Shown in pieces: positions 30,185-43,505 of a DNA stretch of 64,000 nt. The stretch is from Octopus vulgaris (lineage: Eukaryota), in NCBI GenBank assembly GCA_951406725.2, contig OX597818.1, forward strand, positions 121,768,001-121,832,000, read 5' to 3'. Every line of letters begins with the position of its first letter. Positions within the stretch are counted from its first letter, which is position 1. The translations under genes were made by a program, and so were the position numbers. The notes under the pieces were generated by a model, which saw nothing but the letters and a program-made list of their open reading frames with translations, searched no databases and was not told where the DNA came from.

Positions 30185-31991
30185 GAAATTAAAATGAGAG
30201 TGAATGGGGTAAAATGAAACAAAGACTTAAAAACTTATGTTATAACAAAAGCATTCACAATTGCTTTATGCTTTATTGTTTCTTTCTGTATTTTGCTAAT
30301 ACACACATCTGAAAGTGCTGTTTCTGCGAATATTCACAATTATTAAATTTACCGTTTATTTCAAGTCATCTCAATGTTTCTAATACGGTTGTTTCAATTG
30401 TATTGAGATGGTTTGTAGGACACATCTATCCGAATTAGCTGTCAGTTTGAATAAAACTGCAGCAAGGATAATAAGAAAAAAAGGTCATGCTTAATGATTG
30501 CAAGGTGAATTCTAACAACGAATAACAACGCTTTAGATACAAACTTTTGATCGATTCGATCTGTGATAGCGGTCATTTTGAAGATTTCCATATTGCTGTC
30601 AACCTTGTCTATGTCTAAAATAAAGTGGTTAGCGTAAAGTGAAACAGTCCTGACCTCCTTCATTAGGATTCTTTCGCGGGCACAGACAGACAGATGCACA
30701 CACACACACACACACACACATATTCACACACACACACAGACACGCACACGTACACTTCAAATATATTATATTGAGAAGCACACATATGTACAAAATATTT
30801 AGTGATAAATTTAATTTGGGTATCTCATATTCATTTCGAAATTCCCCAGAGAAATTAGTACTGAATGTAATATATAATTGGTAAAAAAAAAAGGCAGAAA
30901 TATAACCGGAAGCTAAGTCTGTTTTCTGCCATTTCGTTCTAATATAGAAATTCGTTATCGACCAAATCATCTTTCAAGAAAAGAAAAAAAAAAGAATAAT
31001 TTTTTTTTTCATATAATAATTATTCTATTTTTACAATAACTATTTTTTTCGAAACAAGAATGTATGACTCAGGGTAGAATTATGAAATCAGAAATTTTCT
31101 CACTGCAAAAAGATAAAGAAAAAAAATTACGCCGAAACAAAAGAAAATGAAAAGAAAGAGAAAATAAAACAGAAACTGAAAGATACCCCACCAAAATGAA
31201 TCGATTCGAAGACAAGATCAGATCTCCTTAGACGGACGGCAGTTTTTCTTCTAATTGTTATATTGCCGTCATCGAGTAAGTTAAACTCATCAGCTAACTT
31301 TACTGTTTCTCTCTTTGTCTTTCATCATACATCATACCCCCTATCTTTCTTTATCTCTCAATCACTCACGCTCTCATTTTTATAACCATAATACTACATT
31401 CTCTCCTCCCCCATCTCTCTTTCAATCACTCATACTCTCTATATTTTATAACTATAGTGTAGCCTTTTCTTTCTTTCTTTCTTTCTTTCTTTTTTTCTTA
31501 ATCATTCGTATTTTCTCCTTTATATACATTTCTTTTTGGCTTTAGATTTTAATATTTTTTAAAGAATTTTCTTTCTTACATATCAGCAAATATTGGAAAT
31601 TGCTATTTTGGAAAAAATTTCTCGTTTTTTTATTCGCTTTCTTTTTTTTTTTCATCTTTTGTTGCTGATATCCAGAGTATTTGCATTCATTCACAAATAG
31701 AACTCTATCTAGTGGGTGATTTCTATGAAATAAGGAGAATTGTTTGACAATAAAGATCTACGATATTTGAGAAGTTATAGAAGGAAAAATGGCGGTATGA
31801 TTGGAGGAGTAATGGTCAGAAAGAAGAGTTTAATGTATAATGGAGGTAAGGTATATTAAGGGATTTTCAATCTTCCGCTTGACAGTTTCTCAAATAAAGA
31901 TAGCTATCTATTAACAGTAAATAAAGTGTATATAAAATAGCCAATGATTTATATTCCAAAAGGGACACATGTCTATCTATCTATCTATCTG

Positions 31992-32078
<87 letters not shown>

Positions 32079-32112
32079 GCCTGTGTCTGTCTGTATGTCT
32101 CTTTTCTTTCCC

Positions 32113-32145
<33 letters not shown>

Positions 32146-32194
32146 TAGTATCAAACACTGAGAATGAGTGATCAACACCACATTTGAAATATAT

Positions 32195-32408
32195 ACTCTT
32201 TTACTCTTTTACTTGTTTCAGTCATTTGACTGCGGCCATGCTGAAGCATCGCCTTTAGTCGAGCAAATCGACCCCAGGACTTATCCTTTGTAAGCCTAGT
32301 ACTTATTCTATCGGTCTTTTTTGCCGAACCGCTAAGTTACAGGGACGTAAACATACCATCATCGGCGATGTTGGGGTGACAAACACAAACACACAAACAC
32401 ACACACGC

Positions 32409-32439
<31 letters not shown>

Positions 32440-32598
32440 TACGACGGGCTTCTTTCAGTTTCCGTCTACCAAATCCACTCACTAGGCTATGGTCGGCCCG
32501 AGGCTATAGTAGAAGACACTTGTCCAAGGTGCCACGCAGTGGAACTGAACCCGGAACCATGTGATTGGTAAGTAAGCTACTTTCCACACAGCCACTCA
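32195..32598 (-). mobile_element. Young full-length SINE family A
   Basis: Close match to 26928-27285, with a (TACTCTTT)n tail on the plus strand. Confidence 0.9.
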
Positions 32599-34467
32599 GG
32601 TGAGGTAAATTTGGATGTATGGGTTAAGGATATTCAATTTACAAGCAAGTCGGTGGCAGGTTCGAGTCGACTTCGCAACATCTTGGCCGATTATTTTCTA
32701 TCTTGACCTTCAGTTGATCAATACCCCGTGAGTGGAATCCAGAAGACGGAAAATTTTGAAGTTGGTCACACAGATACACACACACGTACACGCTCACATA
32801 AAGGAGAAAACAATCTGCTTTTATTTTTCTAGAGACATGAGAACAGCTGTGAAAACGTATGTTTCTGTATCATTGATTGTCACCAGCACAGCGTTCTACT
32901 ACTTTGACTTAATCTACTATCTGTAAATAAGATCAGCAACTCGAGTATCGTTTACTCCTAATGATCCTTTGTTATCGCAAGAGATATAATACAACTCTTT
33001 TGCAGAGTACTCTATCAATGTAATGCTAATCTACCTCATAGCTTTGAGATTTCGATAATGTGAGTGTATGTTTCTAGAATGACATTGTAGAGTAAGTGTG
33101 ATAGGCTGTATCTGGTTGGTTTGACCATAAAAGAGATGGAATATTTCGGCCAAAAATGGCCACTTTAATTGCTAAAGGTTTAAAGCGAGATAAACTCTCA
33201 CAACAGCGACATATCAGAAGTAGATACACAGATGCTAAATGACTTTTTCCGCTATGTGTGCCCAAATGAATTACGAGAGACTAATGGATTGACTAATTCG
33301 TACGAGCTTTTATGTTCTGAGTTCAAATCCCACCTTGGTCAACTCAACATTTTATCTTCCAGATGTCTAAAAAAATAACGTAGTTGTGAAGTACAGGCGT
33401 CGATATATGTCCCTATAATGCCTCCTAGATGTGAATGGTATTACTATAAAGGAGACATAAAGATATACGCAGATAATAAAGGCATAAGTCATGCCGTCAA
33501 TAACTTAAATTATGCTAAACCGGATTCATACTCCAGTTTGGAATACAGATTGAAGCAAAGTAATTTCATGAAAGCCTTTTGAGATAGTGGCAGCGCCTTT
33601 ATTTCCCAATTCGCTCTACAGTTTCATGGAGGATCACACATCTAGTCAATGAAAAGTCATAATTCATTTATTTCGAACATATGCGGCAAGCTCAATTGCC
33701 AATATTTCTGTACACGCGTCATTAACTGATTAACGAAAAGTTAATTTCCCAAGGGTAGTAGCAGCTTAAGAGAAGACAATAATGCCTTCGAGTCAATCAT
33801 CACTCATTTATTTCTCCCGTTATCTCTATTATGTATGTAAGACATACATACTTGAATCATAAGAAAACATTAATTCAGCTACTGACTGCATTTACGATGT
33901 ATAGTAAATGTTAGTCTATTTTCAATAGGTTAATATATATGTTTTATGTACTGACGAGAAGCGGTGAACATATAAGTTTATTGCTTCTCAACGAGGGATT
34001 ATCTACGAGGTTGTTTAACTCATTAGAAATTGCTGTCAAATCTCTTTCAGGCCGAACCCATTTTATCGTTTATTCAGGAGCAAGGATTGTGCCCATGATC
34101 CTTTTCATGGTTCCCCAGAGAGACCAATACCCTTAAACTAGAGACCTGGTTTTAATGCTTTTAGTAGAGTATCTTCACTAAAACTAAGGACCAGATAGTG
34201 GCATTAAACTGGGTGACGAATTAAGACAAACATCCAAGTAGACTGCAAGGGGTTCGACGCCATATAGTAGGATTGATCCAGGAACCACGTGTTGCGAAGC
34301 AATCTTCTTAACTGTTTGGTCATGCTGCATTTTGTATTTAAGAAAGATCTGTGAAGAAAGGCAAGGCATTTAAGCCTCAACCATCTTTATATGAACAGCG
34401 AACTACGGATTACAATATCCAACACGTCATTTTGTACAGTGTAATTTGAGGGAGATTTAAGCGTTAT

Positions 34468-34605
34468 TTCTTTAGTTAATTTAGTTAATTTTGTCAAGGT
34501 CCCTTTTCAGTTTGTAAGATAGAAATTTGAATAGAATTAAATGTTTTAAAAGAGCTATAAAGTGCCTACGCGATAACTGTAAACCTACTTTTGAGACGCC
34601 CTGTA
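34468..34605 (-). mobile_element. Tc1/mariner-type MITE, partial; inverted relative of 35024-35239
   Basis: Ends in ctacttttgagacgccctgTA. Internal taatttagttaatttt...cccttttcagtttgtaagatagaaattt is the reverse complement of 35075-35131. Confidence 0.65.
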
Positions 34606-34680
<75 letters not shown>

Positions 34681-34683
<3 letters not shown>

Positions 34684-34971
34684 ATATGCTTCATTATTAA
34701 AGCGAAAATATCACAAAAAACTGCAGTTTCACGTTCCCGTTCGTCGGACAGTTGTGATTAATCACAACTGTCCGGCGAACAGAAACGTGAAACTCTGAGT
34801 TATTATTAAAGTTGCAACAGCATCACAAAGATATCACGAAATCTGCCACCCAGAGTTTCACGTTTCTGTTCGTCGAACAATTGTTATTAATCACATCTGT
34901 CCGAGGAACGGGAACGTGAAACTGCAGGTTTTTGTGATATTTTCGTAATGTTTTCGCTTTAATAATGAAGC

Positions 34972-34978
<7 letters not shown>
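34681..34978. mobile_element. Nested-palindrome element with four HHR-like cores, inserted in (TA)n
   Basis: Outer inverted arms (aatatgcttcattattaaagcgaaaa / ttttcgctttaataatgaagcatatt). Each arm contains a ~70-bp palindrome (34725-34794 and 34854-34923) built from ctgt-CCGACGA-acgggaacgt-GAAA-ct. Confidence 0.7.
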
Positions 34979-35023
<45 letters not shown>

Positions 35024-35029
<6 letters not shown>

Positions 35030-35234
35030 GTTTCAAAAGTAGACACTGTATATTTCTCGTAAAACATTTAATTACAATTAAATTTCTATCTTACAAACTG
35101 AAAAGGGAGCTTGAGAAAATTAACTAAATTAGCATAGAATAACGGTTTCATTCTTTTAATGATGAAGATCTAAACTGTTAATACATGAACGCAAAAAAGA
35201 TAGTTGAATAACTGTCAACCTATTTTGGGCCACC

Positions 35235-35239
<5 letters not shown>
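35024..35239 (+). mobile_element. Tc1/mariner-type MITE
   Basis: Imperfect terminal inverted repeats tagggtgtttcaaaagtag and ctattttgggccaccatg, with TA flanks. Confidence 0.6.
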
Positions 35240-35288
<49 letters not shown>

Positions 35289-35639
35289 CGTGAACAATAA
35301 AGATAAAAGAAACAGGTGCTAATTTGATTTAGTTTACGGAAATGTTTCGTAAGTGGATTTGAAATCTTTACAAAATGCACTCTCCTTCTCTCACTTTCTC
35401 TCCCTCTCCCTCTTACTCTCTCCCCCTCTCACTTTCTCTTACACATACTCATACACGCACAAGTATACATATACAAGCACACCCAAAGACAGCACATAAG
35501 CGTGCATACGTTCATAGATTAACATCTGGCTCACATGCACGTATGTCACTGAACGGTAACAGCTAAAGTACATTTAAATAAAACCGCATTAAGAAAAATT
35601 ACTCCGGTAACATCACATTTCGTGTAATTCAGGATTGTA

Positions 35640-36075
35640 GGAAATTGAAGCAGGCGTTTGATATAAACGTAGTATAAAGTCCAAGATTCAGCACCATAAA
35701 GCAATTTTGTTAAGGCCACCGACTTAAATACATTAAATTTCACCTTCAATGATACGTCGTGGCTGTTCTATAGCCTGTGATAAAGCACAAAGAAAGTGGA
35801 GCAAGCCTTCCCAACTCTGGACTCGATTTGTTTAAACATCTTCGCATCATTGGACACAATGGAACCAAAATAAGTGAAAGAGGAAACAGTTTTTGATGCA
35901 TTCCCATCAACATGTACAGTAGGGACAACAGGAAGATGGTCTCGAATGGGCTGATGGAAAAGCTCAGTTTTCTTGAAGCTGATGGTCTGACCAAAAGCCT
36001 TCAATGCACGCGAGAAGTTGTTTAGAATCCATTGCATGTCCCCAAGAGTGTGTGCTACAAGTGCACAATCGTCTG
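35640..36075 (-). mobile_element. RTE-clade LINE RT remnant
   Basis: DDCALVAHTLGDMQWILNNFSRA...GQTISFKKTE...FTYFGSIVSND...RVGKACSTF...KVKFNVFKSVALTKLLYGAESWTLY; typical RTE RT C-terminal motifs with an in-frame stop. Confidence 0.88.
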
Positions 36076-36190
36076 TGATATATCAATTACGACCATCACT
36101 ATATATGCAAACTTCATAAAGTTTTGCTCTTTCTTCAGCAGCACATCTAAGCAAATCCAACCATACCCGACCATCCAGACAGGTTGGGTG

Positions 36191-36237
36191 TAGTGCTGAA
36201 GAAGGGGCAAGAAGTCCTGAAATATATATGTACACCA
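36191..36237 (+). ncRNA. Minimal type I hammerhead ribozyme candidate
   Basis: Helix I tagtg/cacca; core CTGAAGA (36196-36202); helix II GGGGC-aagaa-GTCCT after an extra A; GAAA (36219-36222); short helix III with palindromic ATATAT loop; GTA cleavage triplet (36230-36232). Confidence 0.65.
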
Positions 36238-36693
36238 ATTACCTTATTTTCCCCACCTTCGTTTACATTGCTTACATTAGACGTATCAAATTTGTATAGG
36301 TAATCTCAAAAAGTGACTTACTGGCACTGCTAACACGGTAGGACATAGCATTAACTTATAAAATCTTTAATATACTAGGTAGCATATTATAGTTGCATAA
36401 CGAAATATGGTGTTTCTACAAGTAATTGATAAGTTTTAATCTGTATAGAAGTGTGTGCCACCGCACGTGTATATGCTCACTTTGGCCTGAGTGCTTTAAT
36501 TCGGGTGTTTTATGTAACAATCTGAGAATGCCTGGATGTAAGTATGGGAAGTTATGAATATGTGTAGCCATGTGAGTACATGTGGTTATGTGCGGTAGCC
36601 TGAGAATGTGTTGTTGTGTAAGTATGTGTGGCCATATGAGTATGTGTGGGTTTGTGATCTTGTGTGGTTGTGTATGTGTGGTCATATCTGTAG

Positions 36694-36727
<34 letters not shown>

Positions 36728-36851
36728 ATTTGTGTAGTTGCGAAACAGTACACACACACGCACACATATATGTGCACATATTTGTGTGGTTATGAATCTG
36801 TGCATATCTTTTGCATGGTTGTGAGTATGTGTATATATATTTATGCGGTTG

Positions 36852-36899
<48 letters not shown>

Positions 36900-37010
36900 T
36901 TGTATGTATATAATATATGTATATATATTACATATATTGAGTGGTTGTGTGTGTATATATATATTTGTGTGGTTGTGAATGTGCATTAATATTTGTGTGG
37001 CGGTGAGTGC

Positions 37011-37049
<39 letters not shown>

Positions 37050-37366
37050 TATATGTGTGTGTGTGTGTATGTGTGTGTATTTGTGTGTATCTGTGTGCGT
37101 ACGTGTGTGTGTGATCGTGTACGGTTGTAAATATGTGTGTGGATGTTAATTTGTGTGGTTGATTGCGTTGTATATCATTAGTGATTAAATTCTAAAAGCC
37201 AATGTGCAGTTGTTGATTATGAAAGAAGAGGTGGAGGAGGAGAAGCAGAAAGAGGGAGAGAATTTGAGAAGAAGAGAAAGACAGAGACGAGGAAAAAAGA
37301 GAAGAAAGATAGAAGAGAAAATCCTCTAAAGATTTCAGGTTTTCAAAATTAAATGAAAGTAACTGA

Positions 37367-37403
<37 letters not shown>

Positions 37404-37715
37404 TGACAAAGAGTGGGTTAGACAGAAAGAGATGGGGAGAGGAGGAAAAAGAGAGAGGAAGAAAGATTATAAGTGAAAACAATGGTTTCCATAAAACAAT
37501 AAACAAAACTTGTGAAACGAACAAGAGTACATACATACATACATATATACATACATACATGCATATATTTATGATATACACACACACTGACACACACACA
37601 CAGTATTTATAGTTCTATCACTTTCTCTGTTTCTCCTCTCACACATACACGTATATATATGTATATTAGTATATATTAATATACCCATTTCAAAGAAATA
37701 TATATATACACAAAC

Positions 37716-37791
<76 letters not shown>

Positions 37792-38065
37792 CATACAGAT
37801 GAGATGTACAGACATACACACTTACAAATAAACATATATGAATATACACACATATACATACGTATATATATATATATATGTATACACACATATATGTATT
37901 GAAAAATAATAATACACATATCTATACGTAGACCTATGTAGATGTATATGCATACTATATAGCTACATAGATACATGTACACACACACACATACACACAC
38001 ACACACACATATATATATATATGCATATATTTATAGATATGTATATCTCTATCGATATCTATATA

Positions 38066-38102
<37 letters not shown>

Positions 38103-38549
38103 GTGTGCATGTGTGTGTAAAAAACAATCATGCACACGCACACACATATGTATATAGATATATGTATACACACCCACACACCCACACACACACACTCTCT
38201 CTCTCTCTCACACACACACTCACACAAATATATATCGTATCTACTTTTGTTTTCAACAAGTTTGCCATTTTTCTTTTCTTTTCTTTTTTCATATACGCCA
38301 TTTCAATGGTTTAATGTAATGGCGTTTTAGAAGTATTCAAGTTCTATAATTATTATAGAATCTTCTATTGCTTGACGCCTCACTATACAATAGCTCGGTA
38401 ATTTTCCATTTAGGAATCTATATTTCTTTGACCATCTCTTTTCTTTCTTCATACTCTTCCCCCTTACGTCTATTACAAATTTCTCTTCCGCTTTTTCTTT
38501 CGTAAATTTCTTCCATAAAATACATATATTTCATTTACTGTGTTTATTA

Positions 38550-38608
38550 GAATAGCCATATATGCATCTGTTTACATACCTACTCTACACTATCTATCTG
38601 TCTATCTG

Positions 38609-38702
<94 letters not shown>

Positions 38703-38727
38703 CATCCATCCATCCATCCATCCATCC

Positions 38728-38783
<56 letters not shown>

Positions 38784-38805
38784 CTCTATCTCTCTGTCTA
38801 TCTGT
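38550..38805. repeat. (TATC)n/(CATC)n tetranucleotide tract
   Basis: Directly visible. Confidence 0.95.
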
Positions 38806-39539
38806 CTGAGATGCTTGTTCATGTATGTATGTATGTATGTATATGTCTGTCTGTCTGTCTGTCTACGTATCTTGTTATCTATCCTATCTATGAACATTCT
38901 ATATGAATCTTCATCGATAGAATGTGAGTGTGTATGTGTGCGTGTGTGTGTTTGTGTGTGTGTGTGTATATAAGAATATTTTTAAATGCCTACACGCATA
39001 TTTATGTATACACACACACAGACAAGCACACACGCACACATATGTACTTACATATATATATGTGTGTGTATGTATGCAGAATGTGTATATTTCTCTGCAT
39101 GTGCACACACACATACACACGCACATATAAATATACATATATTACACATGCTTCTTCATATTGATATTCATATGTATTCATTATGCAGAAAACCGGCTCC
39201 AAGATAAGGAATATAATAGCGACACTAAAATATAGGAAAAGTCTAGTATTGAGCGATATCGGAATATGGAATATGTAAAAATCGTAGCAAATATTATCAA
39301 TGTAGCATATGTTAGCCATGAATGCATAAACGAACTCAGCACGCACGCCAGTAAATATGATATATGGGTTAGTGTTAAAATTAGCATAACTAACTTTCGC
39401 ATATAATTAGCTATCGTTCAGTGCCGATGAGATTCTAGCCTTTAGATGTGAGATACCACTTAGCTCACTTCTGCGAAAATTTACTATTTGCATTTATAAA
39501 GGTAGAAGATCGGTTCTGATCACATAAATATTATTATAG

Positions 39540-40090
39540 ATATTTCTTAAAATCCCCAGAAGGAAGTGAAGGAATCATATGGATTGCTGCTTAGCCAAAT
39601 GTTTGTATGGCAGTTAATCATGAGTTCTATTGTCTGTCTCCAACACATCGTCGCTTGATAATGCAAAGATCATATGGAACTATATACCATAGAAACAGAC
39701 TTGCCAGATAGCTGATAACAAAGCTGGCATTGTCCTCCGTGACAAAATGCCAATAGTGTTTCAATAATTGCTGTAGCAATATCGAATGACTATAATGAAA
39801 AACCTGGAGAATTACACCATCTTTACTATTGAATTAAATACACGATGACATGTAAGAAATGTATCTGTCACCTCGTATGTAATTTGCGCAAATACAATAA
39901 TATAGAATTGCTTTTGTAAAGACATCAAAAGGTTTACGTAGAATTGTAGACATAAGAATGATGCTGAAGGTAGCGATAATAATGTCTGAAAACATTCTTT
40001 AAAAAATCTTTGTATGACCATTATCCAAGATGTACCTAATACTCTGCGATGTAAGACAGGAAGCTCTTGTTATATCTATGGATTCATAAA
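39540..40090 (+). mobile_element. Decayed R4/Dong-type (RLE) LINE C-terminal remnant ending at (CAA)n(TAA)n
   Basis: Fragments 'AKIIWNY', 'IADNKAGIVLRDK' and 'IIAVAISNDYN' resemble the RLE pattern KILWDF-NRPDIV-IDVAIP. Confidence 0.55.
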
Positions 40091-40499
40091 CAACAACAAC
40101 AACAACAACAACAATAATAATAATAATCATTTCTGGTATAGACTCAAGACTAGAAATTTATATTGAGCGAACAGCAGACAAAATCGATCGATGCTCTGTA
40201 TTTGACTGGTGTTTTATTTTATCGACCCAGAAAATATGAAAGGCAAAGTTGACTTCAGTGAGATTACAACTCAAAACATAAAGGAATTTTGTACGACACT
40301 GTAAAGATTCTGTAAATCTACCGCCCTAATAATTGTTTCAAACACTGGCACAGGGCTTAAAATTTGGTGGAAGGGGTTAGTCGTTGGCTAGTAACCCAGT
40401 TAGTATGTCGTTAGAGCTTTATTTTATTAATTCTACGATGTATTTTATTCGCCTTAAATATGTGAAAAGTAAAGTTAAGTAAATCTATGTTATCTAAGA

Positions 40500-40690
40500 A
40501 CGACAGCGGTACTTGTGATAATCGGGCTTTGGCAGCAGAACTAAATGAAACTCTTAAACACTTGGCCAAACATCGGGGAAACCAAAAGTATAAAATCTAC
40601 AAAAGAATTGTCCATGTGGGTACTGCCCATATTCTAAAAAAAAACATTGCCAGCCTGGGAATACTTTGTTCTCTTAAAACTCTTTCAAAA
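40500..40690 (+). mobile_element. R4/Dong-type LINE extreme C-terminus remnant
   Basis: 'HLAKHRGNQK...IVHVGTAHILKK' compared with 'IALLGTAHILRR' at 61.7 kb. Confidence 0.6.
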
Positions 40691-42279
40691 TAAAACTATT
40701 ACAAATTCAGCAAAATCCTAGGTCTCAAAATTTGATCTCCTTTCTCTCCAAGATAACATTGTTGATAACATAGCACCCATAAGATGGGGATCGAAACTGC
40801 GTAGATGCTACTCAAAATTCTAAATACAAAATCATGTCTGTACAAATTTTAAAAGAATAGGACGCGATATGAAGATGTTTCAGCTACTACTATTAGGATG
40901 TCGAACGGCTACATAAAGGCTTTCTCGTTGCATCGTAAAATTGTTCGGTCGGATCGTGAAAGTCTAAGTTGAACACGGCAATAAAAATAACTGAAAGAGC
41001 TTCAATGATTTCCTTGTGCTTTCTATAGTTACACATTTATTTTATACGGTAATTTCACAATCAGATGTTATTGTTGTTAAAACCCAAATAATAAAAACTA
41101 CAATAACATATAATATTTCAGCGATAAAAGATAAAAAGAAAAATTCTTGCTTGAATTTGTAAGGTCAAATTAGGTGATGTCAGCTAAGGCCAGAAAAGGT
41201 GTTCGTGTTAGGCATAAGATCAGATTAAGATGTCCGTTCGCTTCTTTGAAAGACACAGTCAGCTTCTTTTTAAATGATCAATTAAACGGCAGATTAGACG
41301 TTCGACTGTCCTCTAATTTACGACGTCTGATATTGGATTTGGTGAATTTCGTGTTGTTAATGTCATATTTAATACAGGATCTTGTTTTTATATTGCTCTA
41401 TGTATATATTTAGGGTGGTGGGTGAGCGAATTCAAGGTTGAAGATGGAGTAACGGACAAACTGTTAGGGGCGCCTAAATTTGTTTTTATTTTTGGCCTTC
41501 TCAGTTCGAATTTCGCCGATGTCAACTTTACGTTCTGCTGGGATCTATAACGTAATAACATAATGTTATACGAATCTGTCAGGTTCGAATTCGCTGTTTG
41601 TCCAGCGTTATATGGGTTGTGGTAAAAGTGCATTGCGTCGTGATAAAATTGCTGAATTCACGATTATGAGATCATGGTTTCGATTCGCGGATAGGACATA
41701 GCATTGTATCTTTGAGCAAAGTAATTTATTCTGTGTTTGAAAATTAGTACCATCGGTGCTTGTATTGAGTTGATATAGTCTACAACTTTCTTCTCTTGAA
41801 TATATAACCTTTTAATAGAAACTATTATTGTAGGCATATTTGGAGTGTGTAACTGAATCAGTATTTTAAAATCTACATTTAGACTGAGAGTACAAGTTGC
41901 CACCTTGAACGTGCGCCAGTCCGTCGCAAGGTTAATTGCAAGACGTCGGTTGTATTAATCTTCAACTTAGAAACGCGAATTAAAATTATTTGCTTTCGGA
42001 TACAATGCACCCCCTATCCGTAAATCAAAACCACAACCTAACGAGCATGAATACAGCAATCTAACGCCCGGTAAATAACGAAGTCGAAACCGACAGAATT
42101 TCAACCCAGAATCTAAGGAAACTTAAACTAAGTACCTTTAGATTAAGTCTTGAAGTTTTGGGTTAAAATTCTACCGGGTTTACCTTTGCTCGTCATCATT
42201 AAGAAATCGATTTAATATCATAAATTTCATTCAATCGAATACGCTCCCACATTCGAAATATATGCCCGTGTGATAATAT

Positions 42280-42492
42280 TGATTTCAAATTTTGACACAT
42301 GGCCAGCAAGTTCAGGGTAGGATGTAAATCAATTACGTTGACCCCAGTTCTCAATTGGTACTTTTTATCGACCGAGAAATGAGGAAAGGCAAAGTCTACA
42401 TCGTCGGAATATATACTCAGAACATAAAGACAGACGAAATGCCGCTAAGCATTTTGTCCGGCGTGCTAACGATTCTTTCAGCTCGCTGCCTT
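42280..42492 (-). mobile_element. SINE family B
   Basis: Reverse complement of aaggcagcgagctg...atcgttagcacgccggacaaaatgcttagcggcatttcgtc. Confidence 0.85.
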
Positions 42493-43226
42493 CTTGTGTG
42501 ATAATATTTAAACAAATTATATTCTTCATATTATTTGAGATGCACAAATAGCTTTGTCGAAACAAAACACAATCAGAATTGTTGAGTCTAGCAATAACAA
42601 TTTGAAATAGGCAGTGTCAGTGTTGAAAATTCACCATGTCAAATCCGTGTCTCAGTTTCAATTTTGTCTCAGACCAATTCAGTTTTCCTCTTTAAACTTA
42701 GATAAAATTTTGTTAAATTTCAGCCATTGTTGATTAAAGCTAGTGACGCAAAGCTTTATAAGTTTGTCATCGACGTGTCGTGATTTTTTTTATTTCTTGA
42801 ATAATCCTGCTATTGGAATGTAACTTACATACAAAGTATTTTATTTAGGTAAATGCCTCTAAAAGCTAAGCTTTATATAACATTGTAGGACAATGAAATT
42901 TCGCTCCAAATTTTATTACGTGTGCTACTTGAAAATTCGTGCTATATGACTGCTGTTATGCATGTCATAAGTTCGCCATTATTAACTCTAGATATATCTA
43001 ACATAATAGCGCCACCTAATATCTTTCATTGACGATAACAATGATAGCTATAATTAAAATGTTATTATACTTGACGATGGTTATATTTTGTCAATTAAAC
43101 ACAAGTACTTGGTCTTCACTTAAGCTTTATTATTGCTAATTTAATTTCTAAGAGTCGCTGAAGTGGTTACGGGATGTGTGACGAATGAGCTTTGACAAAA
43201 AGACTAACATAATAATAATAATAATG

Positions 43227-43276
<50 letters not shown>

Positions 43277-43505
43277 GATAATAATAATAATAATAATAAA
43301 GCTGAAGTAAAGACCAAGTATATACTGCGTGTGCTTAATTGGCAAAATATGATCACCCCGAAGTATAACAATATCTGTTTCAACACATGAATTCGCATAA
43401 AAATTCTTGTAAAACAAATACAAAAGCGATAATTAAGATGTTTACGATAACACTTATATTGTTATAAAAGAAATCTACAACGAAAAAAAAAATTATTAAT
43501 CTTAC

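Noticed and set aside
30442-30717. 91-aa minus-strand ORF with partly complex sequence
   Set aside because: Starts in (TG)n; no recognisable motif or convincing splice sites.
40770-40812. gcacc-cataaga...GAAA-ctgc-GTA-gatgc, hammerhead-like
   Set aside because: Core and helix II are too degenerate to support a call.
41174-41413. 79-aa plus-strand ORF, or a minus-strand exon continuing the mucin gene
   Set aside because: No strong acceptor/donor pair compatible with phase 1; no recognisable homology.
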